Source of the DNA: a bacterium
GTDB lineage: Bacteria; UBA8248
Assembly: GCA_965219955.1 (NCBI GenBank)
Contig: OZ244799.1
Location: forward strand, 764,828 to 828,827
Reading direction: 5' to 3'
Length of the DNA: 64,000 nucleotides
The translations under genes were made by a program, and so were the position numbers. Below the pieces are notes generated by a model. That model did no database searches and had not been told where the DNA came from. It saw only the letters and a list, made by a program, of their open reading frames with translations. Positions 44,027 to 54,770 of this stretch are shown here, in pieces. Position 1 is the stretch's first letter. The number at the start of each line of letters is the position of its first letter.

Positions 44027-44806
44027 TTACCTCCCCTTGAAAACGGGGCTTCGCTTCTCAAAAAACGCTTTTACCGCCTCATCATGATCCTCTGACACCC
44101 AGAGATCCGCAAATAGCGACGATTCGAGACTCGTCGTTTCATCCAGTGTATTTTCTAATCCGAATAAGAGCAATTCCTTCAAACAGCGAATCGCTCCTGG
44201 AGCGCTTTTGGAAATTTCTTCCACCATTGCCTTGGCGACGTGAAGACCGTCTCCTTTGGGCGCTACGGCGTTTGCGAGTCCCATCTTCAGCGCATCTTCG
44301 GGGCTCAGCTCTTTGCATGTGGTTAAAAGTTCCAGCGCCCGCCCATAGCCGATTGTGCGGAGAAGTCGTCCCCCGCCTCCCCAGCCCGTCATGAGGCCGA
44401 CGCGGGCTTGCTTGAAGCTCATGTAAGCGTGCTCTTCGATGATCCGTATGTCGCAGGCCATGGCGATTTCGGTCCCGCCCCCCAGAGCGTATCCGTTCAA
44501 TACGGCAATGACAGGCACCGGTAACGCAGAAAGACGCCCCAGGATTCCCTGCATCCGCCGGCTCATGCCCAACCCGGCCTCGTGAGATTCAAAAGACTGT
44601 AGCCATTTCAAGTCGCCGCCCGAGCAGAACGCCTCCTCACCCGCGCCCGTGAGGATGACAGCTCTCAGTTCGCGAGATGCTTCGAGGGTGTCGAGAGCGT
44701 CGGTGAGCCCCTGCATGATGTCTTCGTTGATGGCGTTTCGAACGTCTTTTCTGTTGAACTTCAGGGTGGAGAGTGCGCCCTCGGCTTCATGGATAAAATC
44801 TGGCAT
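44027..44806 (-). CDS. enoyl-CoA hydratase/isomerase family protein
   Basis: NALN-type N-terminus, AVILTGAGEEAFCSGGDLK, and VIAVLNGYALGGGTEIAMACDIRI. Confidence 0.9.
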   Translation of the reverse strand: MPDFIHEAEGALSTLKFNRKDVRNAINEDIMQGLTDALDTLEASRELRAVILTGAGEEAFCSGGDLKWLQSFESHEAGLGMSRRMQGILGRLSALPVPVIAVLNGYALGGGTEIAMACDIRIIEEHAYMSFKQARVGLMTGWGGGGRLLRTIGYGRALELLTTCKELSPEDALKMGLANAVAPKGDGLHVAKAMVEEISKSAPGAIRCLKELLLFGLENTLDETTSLESSLFADLWVSEDHDEAVKAFFEKRSPVFKGR

Positions 44807-44862
44807 GGTTACCCCTAGAGATTTTGTCTACGAGAACCGAGGTGATTTGTGAGACGTAGGTC

Positions 44863-45807
44863 TTACCAGTATTTCTCGTAATGGATGTTTCCCTTTGTTC
44901 GGCCATAGTCCATCGTGAAGCCGCGATCTTCCATAATCTGAATGACGCCCGGTGAGCCTTCGGGCCATATCTTCTCGCCTTCACGAACTTTCGGGATGCC
45001 GATCATGGCGGGGTTCCCGCACAAGAACAGATGCGTGTTTGCAGGGTCCATCTTGCGGCCGAGGTTTTCCTCGAACATGCCCGTGGCCAGATAGTCCTGC
45101 ACATATACCTTGTTGTTGATGGTATCTGCCTCGCGTGTGGTGAGCGCGTGATATGTGAGTTGGGGGTATTTCTTCTCAAGTTCTCTATAGAGGGGTTCGT
45201 ATGCGAGGTCGTTTTTGTATCGAACCACGTTGATGCTGGCGATTTGGCCTTTGTAGCCCGTGCGAAGAAGCTCCCAAATCATGTGGTTGTGCGGGCCTTC
45301 TCCCGTCCCCGTGCCTGCGAAGACGACGAGAGAGTTGTCGTTATCCCGAATATCGTTCATGCAGTCGAGCGTGTATTCACCAGTAAATTTTTGACCCATG
45401 TGTATGCGATCACCAGATTTCAAGAGAAACAGCCTGGGGGTGAGCAGGGGCGCAGGCTCGCCTTGCTCGCCGATGACCAAGACGATGTAGAATTCCAGGA
45501 AATCCAGGTCGTCTGGTGGAAATAGTTCTCCTGCTCCGTTTACCACCGGATGAGAGACGGAATAGGCGCGCCTGCCCAATCGCCGAATTCTTTTCTCGTC
45601 GAGTTCCTTCTCTTTGACGGCGTCTTCGTGGCGAGGTTCCCAGTTGCCCAGACCCAGCGTCGTGTATTGACCCGATCTGTATTCGGGGAAATCGAAATCG
45701 GGTTTTACCCGAAAACATGCGAGCATCTCATGCTGCCAGACGATATCCGCAACAGTGGCGTTGTAATGTTTTTCCCTTAATTCTTGTTTTGTTGCCTCAT
45801 CAAGCAT
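44863..45807 (-). CDS. ferredoxin--NADP(+) reductase-like FAD/NAD(P) oxidoreductase
   Basis: RAYSVSH (RxYS FAD motif), VVFAGTGTGEGP (NADP-binding) and a C-terminal ...YEKYW aromatic tail. Confidence 0.8.
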   Translation of the reverse strand: MLDEATKQELREKHYNATVADIVWQHEMLACFRVKPDFDFPEYRSGQYTTLGLGNWEPRHEDAVKEKELDEKRIRRLGRRAYSVSHPVVNGAGELFPPDDLDFLEFYIVLVIGEQGEPAPLLTPRLFLLKSGDRIHMGQKFTGEYTLDCMNDIRDNDNSLVVFAGTGTGEGPHNHMIWELLRTGYKGQIASINVVRYKNDLAYEPLYRELEKKYPQLTYHALTTREADTINNKVYVQDYLATGMFEENLGRKMDPANTHLFLCGNPAMIGIPKVREGEKIWPEGSPGVIQIMEDRGFTMDYGRTKGNIHYEKYW

Positions 45808-45926
45808 TCAGTCCCTCATCGGATATTTGAATCAATATAACAAAATGCGTTACGTCCAAACCGCAGGCGAATACTACCCAATTCGCTTGGGAAGATATAG
45901 CCTTGAGCGACATTTTTTTCAGATAT

Positions 45927-46652
45927 TTATATCGAGATCGCCTCGAATGACACCGCATGTTCAAATCCGGCGAGTTTGCCCGTTTCGACGGCCGCTTGGG
46001 TGAGGAAACCGACGGGGTCGAACCCTTGCGCGAGATTGTCGATATAGAGTTGATGCGCTTGCAAAGATTCAATTCCTTTCTTGAGGTATCCGCTGACGTC
46101 AACGGCATATGTAGGTTCTGGAGAGCCGCTGAGCAACACCATGCGCACGCCTGCCCAGGGGTTCAGACCTTCATCCAACAATTCCGGGAAAATCCAGCGA
46201 TTCCCTGCATCACGGCTCGCATCCATCACGCCATAAGCGAGCCATCGGTGGTCCGCCATGTTCAAAGGACCCCCCGGCCAGGTGAGATGGTGGGAAAGGG
46301 TAATCACGATTTCAGGACGATAAGCTCTGATTCTCCGGGTGAGGTCGCGTCTTAAGTCCAGATTGTACTCAATCACCCCATCTGTATAGCCCAGGAATTC
46401 CACCTTCTCAACGCCGACGATGGCGGCGCTTTTTATTTCTTCCTCTTCTCGCACGGGGCCAGTCTCTTCCGGGGACATGCCATCGATGCCCGCTTCGCCG
46501 CTCGTCATTAGGATATAGGAGACTTCCTTGCCTTGAGCCGTCCACCTCGCGACTGCGCTTGACGCGCCGAATTCCATGTCGTCAGGGTGCGCCACGATGG
46601 CAAGCGCACGCTGCCAATCTTCATCGAGAGTGGGTAATTTGTCCGTCGTCAT
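45927..46652 (-). CDS. PIG-L/LmbE family deacetylase
   Basis: ALAIVAHPDDMEFGASS and HxDH-type motifs. The start overlaps the upstream stop (ATGA). Confidence 0.85.
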   Translation of the reverse strand: MTTDKLPTLDEDWQRALAIVAHPDDMEFGASSAVARWTAQGKEVSYILMTSGEAGIDGMSPEETGPVREEEEIKSAAIVGVEKVEFLGYTDGVIEYNLDLRRDLTRRIRAYRPEIVITLSHHLTWPGGPLNMADHRWLAYGVMDASRDAGNRWIFPELLDEGLNPWAGVRMVLLSGSPEPTYAVDVSGYLKKGIESLQAHQLYIDNLAQGFDPVGFLTQAAVETGKLAGFEHAVSFEAISI

Positions 46653-48883
46653 TTTTTCACCCTTTTTATAAAAATAGGACTGCTCCAGGCCAATGCACCG
46701 TCTTCTTGCATCAACCTGATGAAATAGGGGTTCCAGCCATCGTGAAAATCGATTTCATCGATATCGAACGTGACGTTCGCGTAAGGGTTCCCCGGTGCCG
46801 GGCTGATGCGCTGCACTTCCACCTGTTGACGAACGCCGCCCGCTTCTATCACGAACGGAACGGCGCCGATATCATCGAGTTTTACCTCAAAGGAAACGAC
46901 GTCGGTTTCAAAGAACAGCGTCGCTCCTTCTCCGCCTGAAAGGCGGAATTCGACGCCGTCCGCATCCCCGGTCGTGCGGCTCAACCACCGGATTCTCTGC
47001 TCATCGGCCGACTGTATGCCTTCTTCGAGGTTGTCCACCTGCCAGTTTCTCGGTTCTTCAATTCTTCCTTTATCGACCATGAGGCCGCCGTGCCAGTGGG
47101 TTTGCCGGTTGCGTTGGTGTATGCGGGCGCCGCTCCAAGAGAGCCGGAACCAGTCTGAATTTTGGGCGGTTGCATCTTGGGGGCGATAGGAGCAGATGGT
47201 TCGCGAGGCGCGCTTCAATTCTATCGACTCGATGCCGCATTCGCCCATGGCCCGGACCTTGAACACAGGGGGGTCGGCAGCTTCAAATTCCTCGCCCATG
47301 AAATGGTTTCCAGCCGAGAAGGAGAGATGAATCTTCTTTCCGGTAGTTGCATAGACGCGCCTAGCCTGAATCGCTTCCCACAGGCTTTCGCGCGTGAGTT
47401 CTTTTGCATAAATGCAGGCGTAACCGCCATAGACTCCGAAAATAGCGGCGCCAGGGTAGCTGGCCCCCGGTCGTCCCTTGTGTCCATCGCTTCCCGCCGT
47501 GATACCCACGCGCCAGCCCTTTTCCAGGGCTTCTTCCACGAACCACTCGAAACGTCCCCATGAGGAATATATCTCCATGACACGCTCGAGTTCCGCGTGG
47601 TGATAATCCAGGCTCGCTCGCCTGCCCCCGATGTGAGGGACTAATGTGACGTCCCGGCGTCCTCCCATTGCGTCGTAGAGGGCGTCGAGGGGGTATCTGT
47701 CCGTTTCCTGATCAGTCCAGTCCTCCAGTTGCCAGTGACTGGTCCGGTGCAAGGGGCCATCGTCGCCAAGATACATGACGTTCCTGTCCCCGCCCATTCC
47801 CGTCACGGCGGACCATTCGACTCCCAGAAACGTGACGAAGCGACCCGGATCGTTGTATCTCTTCGTGGCCGCTCGAATGGCGTTCCAGGTATCTTTCGTG
47901 ACCTGAAAATCATTCCCCTGGTGGCAGGAAAATTGCGCTCCGGCCATGTCGCGGGCGAAAGCAAAGTAGTCATCCGCTGTGTTTGTGCCCACTGTCTCTT
48001 CGCTCTGGCCGTGCAGGTCGCCCCAGAATGGTCGCCATAGGTGGTTTTTCTCCATGGCGTGCACATAATTGCTGAATGCAGGAGGGATGTCGCCCCCGGC
48101 GTCGCCTCGTATGCGCCCCCATTTCCCCGATTCCCAGCGCAAATTTTCCAGGCGGGCAACAGCAGGCTTGTCACGTTTGAACAGAACGGTTCCGGGCAGC
48201 CCTTCGCAGATTCCTCCCTCGGGAGTGAGCGAGATTTCCGCATCTATGCCGTAACATGGATTCCCCCAGATGTCCTCGAGTTTCACCTGCACCCAGGATG
48301 TTTCATCTAGTGTCTGTTCGGTCGAACCATGGATCACGAGGCGGGCGGGTTTTCCCGGGATGATGGAGAAGGTAGGAGTATCGGCTGCCTCGATGAAGCG
48401 ATTCGAGCCGAAGCAATCGACGAAGAGCCGGAAGCGGAAATTTTTTTCGCAAAAGGTCTGGGCGCGGGTTCCCGCGCCGTCCCCGCTTCTGTCTCCCTGA
48501 ACGATGGTTACCGTATCGCCTTCCGCCAGGTAGCTGTCGAACACGTCGATGGCCAGCCCTTGCTGCCAGGGTCTGATGTTCGATTTCGGGTCCCATCTTA
48601 CCCTGAGGGTGGCGCTTCCACTCGTGGTTACGCTCGCATAGTGAGCCTCAGCAGGCGCGTCGGTTTGCGGCCTGGCCCAGTCGCTGGCAAAGCGGCGAGA
48701 GAGGACGATTGTTCCGCCATCATCCACGCCGTATCTGCCAACGTGATAGGTGAGCTCCCAAGTACCCCATGCGCCCGCTTCCACGTTCCCGGCGGGAGTG
48801 AGTTCACTCCAGCCTACCCATTCGCGTACCCAGGATTCGCTCTTGCCGTGTCTGCCGTCTGGCGTCGTATCCATTGTCGTCAA
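46649..48883 (-). CDS. large conserved hypothetical protein (744 aa), possible PHP/DUF3604-like metallohydrolase
   Basis: Long ORF translationally coupled on both sides. FWGDLHGQSEETVGTN and GITAGSDGHKGRPG vaguely recall DUF3604/PHP proteins, but the canonical HxH is not evident. Confidence 0.6.
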   Translation of the reverse strand: MTTMDTTPDGRHGKSESWVREWVGWSELTPAGNVEAGAWGTWELTYHVGRYGVDDGGTIVLSRRFASDWARPQTDAPAEAHYASVTTSGSATLRVRWDPKSNIRPWQQGLAIDVFDSYLAEGDTVTIVQGDRSGDGAGTRAQTFCEKNFRFRLFVDCFGSNRFIEAADTPTFSIIPGKPARLVIHGSTEQTLDETSWVQVKLEDIWGNPCYGIDAEISLTPEGGICEGLPGTVLFKRDKPAVARLENLRWESGKWGRIRGDAGGDIPPAFSNYVHAMEKNHLWRPFWGDLHGQSEETVGTNTADDYFAFARDMAGAQFSCHQGNDFQVTKDTWNAIRAATKRYNDPGRFVTFLGVEWSAVTGMGGDRNVMYLGDDGPLHRTSHWQLEDWTDQETDRYPLDALYDAMGGRRDVTLVPHIGGRRASLDYHHAELERVMEIYSSWGRFEWFVEEALEKGWRVGITAGSDGHKGRPGASYPGAAIFGVYGGYACIYAKELTRESLWEAIQARRVYATTGKKIHLSFSAGNHFMGEEFEAADPPVFKVRAMGECGIESIELKRASRTICSYRPQDATAQNSDWFRLSWSGARIHQRNRQTHWHGGLMVDKGRIEEPRNWQVDNLEEGIQSADEQRIRWLSRTTGDADGVEFRLSGGEGATLFFETDVVSFEVKLDDIGAVPFVIEAGGVRQQVEVQRISPAPGNPYANVTFDIDEIDFHDGWNPYFIRLMQEDGALAWSSPIFIKRVKK

Positions 48884-49890
48884 CTACCTTGCTGGTTGTT
48901 CGCGGGATGAAGGCCGGCTCGTTTTTCGCTCTCACCTTGCGCCTTGGACGGTTCTCTGGTCTGGCGCAAATGGTTTTTGAGGAAAATCAAGGCGAGCCGA
49001 ATCGAGTCTTCTCTTTCCCGAGGAGTTCTCCTCCTGAGAACGAAATTGTGGCCGGTGCCTTCGTAAAGTTTCAATTGAGCGTAGCCTGATCCCCTCGCTC
49101 GCAATTTTCTCATCATCGTGAATGATTGCTGGACAGGGATTATACCGTCCGCCACGCCATGAAACATCAAGGTGGAAGCTTTCGTGTTCAGTATCTTGTT
49201 GGCGGGACTGTGAAGTTCCAGATATTCTTTCCAGCGCAGCAGATCCTTGGTCGCCAGAGCGAGCACCACGGAGTTGATGCGCTTTTTGATGAGAGCCTCA
49301 TAATCATAGGGGCCATAATAGGCGACTATGGCCTTCACGACCGGAAGCGACGCGGCTGCGCGAAACGCCTTGTCCGCGCCGAGCGAGAATCCGATGAGAC
49401 CGACCTTGTTTTGTATGCAATGCGCGCTTTTCGCAAAGGCGGAAACGGCTCGGTTGATGTCTTCATTCTGGCGCTCGAAATTCGATTTGCGTTGGACGAA
49501 AGGTGTTCTGAGACCCTCGAGGTCCACCTGGTGCACCGAGTAATAATTGATGACCAAGGATGAGAATCCATGGCTCGCGAGTTTTCGAGCGTAGCGGATG
49601 TATGCCCGCCACCAACCGCCTTTCCCGTGCAGCAATACGACGCAAGGGTATTTCCCGTCTTTTGATGGACGCACCAGGTATCCTGTCATCGAGGCGTTTT
49701 CGATGCTCGATGGCAATTCGACGTAGCTCTCCTGGTGGTCGTAGTTTCCATCAGGAGCAGGAGCCAGATTCAAGGTACGGGGCCGGGCGCAGCTTGTCAC
49801 CATCAGCATGGCGAAGATGAAAACCAAGAGGGATCTTATGCGGATGATCTTGAAGAAGCGATGAATTATGCTAAAAACGGATCGAATCAT
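48880..49890 (-). CDS. dienelactone hydrolase / alpha-beta hydrolase family protein, secreted or membrane-anchored
   Basis: N-terminal hydrophobic segment, VVLLHGKGGWW, nucleophile elbow GLIGFSLGA and a C-terminal GTGHNF. Confidence 0.8.
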   Translation of the reverse strand: MIRSVFSIIHRFFKIIRIRSLLVFIFAMLMVTSCARPRTLNLAPAPDGNYDHQESYVELPSSIENASMTGYLVRPSKDGKYPCVVLLHGKGGWWRAYIRYARKLASHGFSSLVINYYSVHQVDLEGLRTPFVQRKSNFERQNEDINRAVSAFAKSAHCIQNKVGLIGFSLGADKAFRAAASLPVVKAIVAYYGPYDYEALIKKRINSVVLALATKDLLRWKEYLELHSPANKILNTKASTLMFHGVADGIIPVQQSFTMMRKLRARGSGYAQLKLYEGTGHNFVLRRRTPREREDSIRLALIFLKNHLRQTREPSKAQGESEKRAGLHPANNQQGS

Positions 49891-50012
49891 TCAAAATCCA
49901 ATTTTTGCTCGGCGGCAAAAGAATTGGCAGGCTCATACCACCTCTGAGAATAATCCGGGGAAACGATTTCGGCAACATCTCGGCGAATATGGCCCATGTG
50001 AAGGAGAACGGA

Positions 50013-51353
50013 ATGTCGGCGGTGATTGATTTTCTGCAATCGAGAAGAGAACAGAGCCTTGTGGAACTCATCGAATATCTCAAAATTCCCTCCATCAGCA
50101 CTTTGGGGGTCGGTGTCGAGGAAGCGGCGGCGCATCTGGTGGGATTGATGGACGTTGCGGGCATTGAGGCGCAAATTCTTCCGACCGAGGGCATTTCGCT
50201 CGTATACGGCGAAGTGAAGGGACCCCCGGATGCTCCGACCATGCTGATCTATGGCCACTACGACGTTCAGCCGGCTGATATTTCCGAGGGCTGGAGTTCA
50301 GAGCCATTTAAGCCCCAGGTGCGAGATGGCCGCATCTACGCTCGTGGGTCGGGAGACAACAAGGGCCAGCATTTCGCGCAAATCAAGGCGGTCGAGGCCT
50401 ACCACCAGACAAACACGAAAATGCCCATCAACCTCAAGTTTTTGATAGAGGGAGAGGAGGAGATGGGTTCGCCAAATTTGAGGAAATTTATCCAGGCGAA
50501 CAATGAGTTGTTGAAAGCCGATATCGCCTGTTCATCCGATGGCTCCATACACCCCTCGGGCAGGCCGACGCTCTCTTTGGGGTGCAGGGGATTGCTCTAT
50601 ATCGAACTTGTCTCGCACGGCGTCGGGAAAGACCTTCATTCCGGGTCTTACGGCGGAGCGGCCCCGAATCCGTTCTGGCGACTTATGGAAGCCGTGCAAT
50701 GTCTGCGCGACGATGAGGGAAGGGTGCGGGTGCCGGGATTTTACGAGTCCGTGCTCCCTGTAGGGGATGCGGATCAAGCTGCCCTTGAGGGAATTCCCAA
50801 CCCGGAGGCGGAACTCAGGGCCGTCATCGGAGACGGGGCGGACCGGATTCCTGATCTTTCTTCCTTTTATGCAAAGACGCTCACCCAGCCGAACCTGAAC
50901 ATCTGTGGATTCCAGGGGGGATATTCCAACGATGGCATGAAAACAGTTTTGCCGGGTTCCGCAAGCGCCAAGCTGGATTTCCGCCTCGTAGTGGAGCAGG
51001 ACCCGGACAAGCTGTTTGATGATGTGTGTTCGTTTTTGAGCGGAGAGGGTTTCGATGACATCGAGGTACGCAAGATGGCCACGTTCGATGCCAGCAAAAC
51101 GCCGGCGGACAACCCCTATGTGCAAAAGGTGATCAAGGCCGTGGGCGGTTACGGGGTTGAACCCGTCATCTATCCGAACTTCGGCGGCAGCGTTCCCGAC
51201 AGCATGTTCACGATAGACTTAAGGATCCCGTCCGTCTGGTTCCCCCTCGCCAATGCCGATTCGAACGCCCATGCCCCGGATGAGAACATCGATGTGGAGA
51301 TTTTTCATCGTGGATGCGAGATTGCGGCGACTCTCATGGGGGGTCTCGCTTGA
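50013..51353 (+). CDS. M20 family metallopeptidase/dipeptidase
   Basis: GAAGGAGAACGGA precedes the ATG. IYGHYDVQPAD, ARGSGDNKGQ and EGEEEMGS motifs. Confidence 0.85.
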   Translation: MSAVIDFLQSRREQSLVELIEYLKIPSISTLGVGVEEAAAHLVGLMDVAGIEAQILPTEGISLVYGEVKGPPDAPTMLIYGHYDVQPADISEGWSSEPFKPQVRDGRIYARGSGDNKGQHFAQIKAVEAYHQTNTKMPINLKFLIEGEEEMGSPNLRKFIQANNELLKADIACSSDGSIHPSGRPTLSLGCRGLLYIELVSHGVGKDLHSGSYGGAAPNPFWRLMEAVQCLRDDEGRVRVPGFYESVLPVGDADQAALEGIPNPEAELRAVIGDGADRIPDLSSFYAKTLTQPNLNICGFQGGYSNDGMKTVLPGSASAKLDFRLVVEQDPDKLFDDVCSFLSGEGFDDIEVRKMATFDASKTPADNPYVQKVIKAVGGYGVEPVIYPNFGGSVPDSMFTIDLRIPSVWFPLANADSNAHAPDENIDVEIFHRGCEIAATLMGGLA

Positions 51354-51853
51354 AGCACCCGCTCTGGACGATAGGCCACAGCAACCACAGCGCGGAGAAA
51401 TTCCTAAACCTGCTGAGCCACCACGGCATCGCATGCGTGGTGGACGTGCGCAGCATCCCCTACAGCAGAAGGAATCCACAGTTCAACAGAGAAAGAATGA
51501 GCCAGAATCTTTCATCGCAAAATATCGCATACGTCTGGGAAGGGGAGGCGTTGGGCGGAAAACGCGACCCTAGAGTCAATCCTGAACTTTTTGACACCAA
51601 GGGATACATCGACTGGATGAAAGTAAGGGGCAGAGAAGATTTTATTCTTGCGATGGAGCGCTTGAGAACCCAAGTGGGAAAGGAACCCACGGCCGTTCTT
51701 TGCGCTGAGGAGAACCCGAGAAACTGTCATCGTCTGCATCTGATATCCGCGGCCTGGGCAGCGAGTTGCGATGAAAACATATCGCATATTCGCGGCGACG
51801 GGCGTGTAGAGACGCATACGCAAATCGTTCCCCAGCCTGAATTGTTTTGTTGA
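51314..51853 (+). CDS. DUF488 domain protein
   Basis: [10 protein letters not shown]...[17 protein letters not shown]...[11 protein letters not shown]. Overlaps the end of the M20 gene; the start is either ATG 51314 or TTG 51350. Confidence 0.8.
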   Translation: MRDCGDSHGGSRLKHPLWTIGHSNHSAEKFLNLLSHHGIACVVDVRSIPYSRRNPQFNRERMSQNLSSQNIAYVWEGEALGGKRDPRVNPELFDTKGYIDWMKVRGREDFILAMERLRTQVGKEPTAVLCAEENPRNCHRLHLISAAWAASCDENISHIRGDGRVETHTQIVPQPELFC

Positions 51854-51926
51854 TCATTCTCCCATACCCTGTCGACAGGCATTTTTTCGTGGCCTACGGA
51901 CTTGCATCCACTCATATGAGGAATTC

Positions 51927-53999
51927 ATGAATCAGCCCCGGCAGAAAAACCGCCTCGCGCAGGAGACGAGCCCCTATCTCTTGCAGCATCAATACAATCC
52001 GGTGCAGTGGTACCCCTGGGGCGAGGACGCGCTCCGCAAATCAAGAGAAGAGAACAAGCCCATTTTCTTGTCCGTCGGCTATTCTGCCTGCCATTGGTGC
52101 CATGTGATGGAGCATGAGAGCTTCGAGGATGAGGAGATCGCCGAAATCCTGAACGAGCATTTCGTCTCCATCAAAGTGGATCGCGAAGAGCGCCCCGATA
52201 TCGACGGCATCTACATGGAGGCGGTGCAGATGATGACGGGTCAGGGAGGCTGGCCCATGAGCGTTTTCCTGCTCCCGGATTTGAGGCCCTTCTTCGGAGG
52301 AACGTATTTTCCGCCGCATGACAAATGGGGGAGGCCCGGCTTCAAGAACGTACTCTTGAGGCTGGCCGAAGTTTACCGGACGAGACAGGACGATTTGCAC
52401 GATAACGCGGAGAGCATCACGGCGAATCTGCAGCAAATGGGAGTCGTCACGGCCACAAAGGGTGATTTGAAAACAGAGTGGATTGACCAGGCCGCAAAGG
52501 AACTGAAAGAGCGGTTCGACTCTACCTGGGGCGGTTTCGGAAGCGCTCCGAAATTTCCACCCTCCATGGCGCTGATGCTGCTTTTGAGAAAATGGAAGCG
52601 TTCCCGGGATCAGGAATTGCTTAAAATGGTCGAGGTGACGCTGCAAAGAATGGCGCTGGGCGGGATGTATGATCAACTCGGTGGAGGCTTTCACCGCTAC
52701 AGCGTTGATAATTATTGGCTCATCCCGCACTTCGAGAAAATGCTTTATGACAACGCTCTTCTGTCCAGAGTCTATCTCGAGGCCTACCAGGCGACGGGTA
52801 GCGCGTTTTACCGCTCCGTGGTGGCGGATACACTCGATTACGTTTTGAGGGAGATGACCAGCCCGGGAGGAGGATTTTATTCCGCGCAGGACGCTGACAG
52901 CGAGGGGGAGGAGGGCAAGTTCTTCGTTTGGCGTCCTGAGGAGATAGAAGAGGTTCTCGGCAAAGAAGAAGCCGACATATTCTGCCGGTTCTACAGCGTG
53001 ACGGAGGAGGGGAACTTCGAGGGCAACACCTCCGCCTTGTTCATTCAGAAACCGCCCCGCGTTTTCGCCGAAGAATTGGGAATCACCGAAGAAAAGCTCT
53101 TTGAAGTATTGCAGAGGGGCCGGGCAAAACTTTTTGCCGAGCGCGAGCGGCGCGTGAAACCGGGGCTGGATGATAAAATTCTCACGAGTTGGAACGGGCT
53201 CATGATCGGCTCGATGGCTTTGGCGGGCAGGATTCTGGAGCACCGCCCTTACGTGGAAGAAGCGGGCAAGGCGGCGGATTTTATTTTGAATAACATGCGC
53301 GATGAGCGCGGTTTGCTGAGAAGCCACCGGGAAGGCGTGAGCAAGTTCAACGCGTATCTGGATGATTACGCTTTTCTGATCGTGGGTCTGGTGGATTTGT
53401 ACGAGGCGAGCTTCGAGCCCCGGTGGATTCGAGCGGCCTCGGATTTGGCGCAAGAGATGATTTCTCGCTATTGGGATGATGGAGGCGGCGCATTTTTCTT
53501 TACGGCCCACGACCATGAACAACTCATCGTGCGGAAGAAGATGACGCAAGACGGCGCCGTTCCGAGCGGGAACTCGATGGCGGCGCTGGGTTTATTGAAA
53601 CTGGCGAAACTCTCGGGTGAGGCGGAATTCGCAGAACGCGGCGAGGGCGTTTTGCGCTCGTTCAGCGACTATCTGGGGCGTGTGCCGGCCGCATTCCACA
53701 TGATGCTCGTGGCGCTGGACTTTCATCTCGACTCCCCGGTGGAGGTGGCGATTGTCGGTGAGGGAAACGCAGAAGATACGCGCGCGGCTCTTCGGGCTGT
53801 AGATTCCCGCTTCATTCCCAACAAGGTTTTGGCTTACAAGTCCGAATCATCAGGCGAAGAAGCAGGCGTTACAGTGCCTCTGCTCGACGGGAAGTCCATG
53901 GTGGATGGGCAAGCCACTGTGTATCTTTGCGAAAATTTCACATGCAAGGAGCCGCTCACGAATTTGGAAAAGATTGGAAAAGGGCTCGATAGTAGTTAA
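51927..53999 (+). CDS. thioredoxin-domain (DUF255) / six-hairpin glycosidase-like protein (YyaL/SPATA20-like)
   Basis: [22 protein letters not shown]...[22 protein letters not shown]. About 690 aa. Confidence 0.85.
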   Translation: MNQPRQKNRLAQETSPYLLQHQYNPVQWYPWGEDALRKSREENKPIFLSVGYSACHWCHVMEHESFEDEEIAEILNEHFVSIKVDREERPDIDGIYMEAVQMMTGQGGWPMSVFLLPDLRPFFGGTYFPPHDKWGRPGFKNVLLRLAEVYRTRQDDLHDNAESITANLQQMGVVTATKGDLKTEWIDQAAKELKERFDSTWGGFGSAPKFPPSMALMLLLRKWKRSRDQELLKMVEVTLQRMALGGMYDQLGGGFHRYSVDNYWLIPHFEKMLYDNALLSRVYLEAYQATGSAFYRSVVADTLDYVLREMTSPGGGFYSAQDADSEGEEGKFFVWRPEEIEEVLGKEEADIFCRFYSVTEEGNFEGNTSALFIQKPPRVFAEELGITEEKLFEVLQRGRAKLFAERERRVKPGLDDKILTSWNGLMIGSMALAGRILEHRPYVEEAGKAADFILNNMRDERGLLRSHREGVSKFNAYLDDYAFLIVGLVDLYEASFEPRWIRAASDLAQEMISRYWDDGGGAFFFTAHDHEQLIVRKKMTQDGAVPSGNSMAALGLLKLAKLSGEAEFAERGEGVLRSFSDYLGRVPAAFHMMLVALDFHLDSPVEVAIVGEGNAEDTRAALRAVDSRFIPNKVLAYKSESSGEEAGVTVPLLDGKSMVDGQATVYLCENFTCKEPLTNLEKIGKGLDSS

Positions 54000-54004
54000 G
54001 TCGT

Positions 54005-54667
54005 TTATTTCGCCCGCACGATGAACGCGCCGTAGCCGTTGCGCTGCAGCCTTTCCGCTAATCGCTTTGCTTTACGCTCGCCGGTCAGGCCTTTGATCTG
54101 CACGTGGTAGTGTTCGTAGTTTCCGTGCCAACCGGGCCGGATCTCCGAAGTCGTTCCGTTTCTAGAAAAGTAATCGGCGAATTCTTGCGCCTCTGGTTTT
54201 CCCATGAACCCGCCAACCAGGATCATCCATCTCGGGTTCGGCTCCCGGGGGGTGTAGAGGGGCTCGACGGAAACCTCGGTGGTGCCCTTGCGCAGCATGC
54301 CGATTCTTCGGGCCGCCTCCCGGGAGAGATCGATGACGCGGTTGATGAAAAAGGGGCCGCGGTCGTTGATTCTCACTTGCACTTCCCGCCCGTCGTCACT
54401 TCTGCGCACCCGTACTATTGAACCAAACGGCAGGGTGCGGTGCGCGGCGGTGAGCGCGTGCATATCGTAAGTTTCGCCATTCGCCGTCTTGCGCCCATGG
54501 TAGGGATTTCCATACCAGGAGGCGATGCCGTGTAAATCGTCACCCTGGATGTCGTAACTCCTCGGCGCAGGCAGAAAGCCGCATCCACTCAGGAGAATGG
54601 AAAAAGCGAGACAAATGATGAGACCACGCAAGGGGACTACATATAAAGGATTGTTTTTCGCGTTCAT
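54005..54667 (-). CDS. rlpA: septal ring lytic transglycosylase RlpA family lipoprotein (DPBB + SPOR)
   Basis: Lipobox [28 protein letters not shown]...[10 protein letters not shown]-terminal SPOR-like domain. Confidence 0.85.
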   Translation of the reverse strand: MNAKNNPLYVVPLRGLIICLAFSILLSGCGFLPAPRSYDIQGDDLHGIASWYGNPYHGRKTANGETYDMHALTAAHRTLPFGSIVRVRRSDDGREVQVRINDRGPFFINRVIDLSREAARRIGMLRKGTTEVSVEPLYTPREPNPRWMILVGGFMGKPEAQEFADYFSRNGTTSEIRPGWHGNYEHYHVQIKGLTGERKAKRLAERLQRNGYGAFIVRAK

Positions 54668-54770
54668 CGGGATATATCGGGGCGGATATCGGAATAGACG
54701 ATGTAATTATATCAGTTTCATCCGGCGCCGCCAGATGGATATAAAATTTAAGTGGCTATCGTGCTCTTGC

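Noticed and set aside
51866-51890. A possible terminator after the DUF488 gene (ccctgtcgacagg followed by cattttttc).
   Set aside because: Only a 4-bp stem is possible once a loop is allowed, which is too weak to call.
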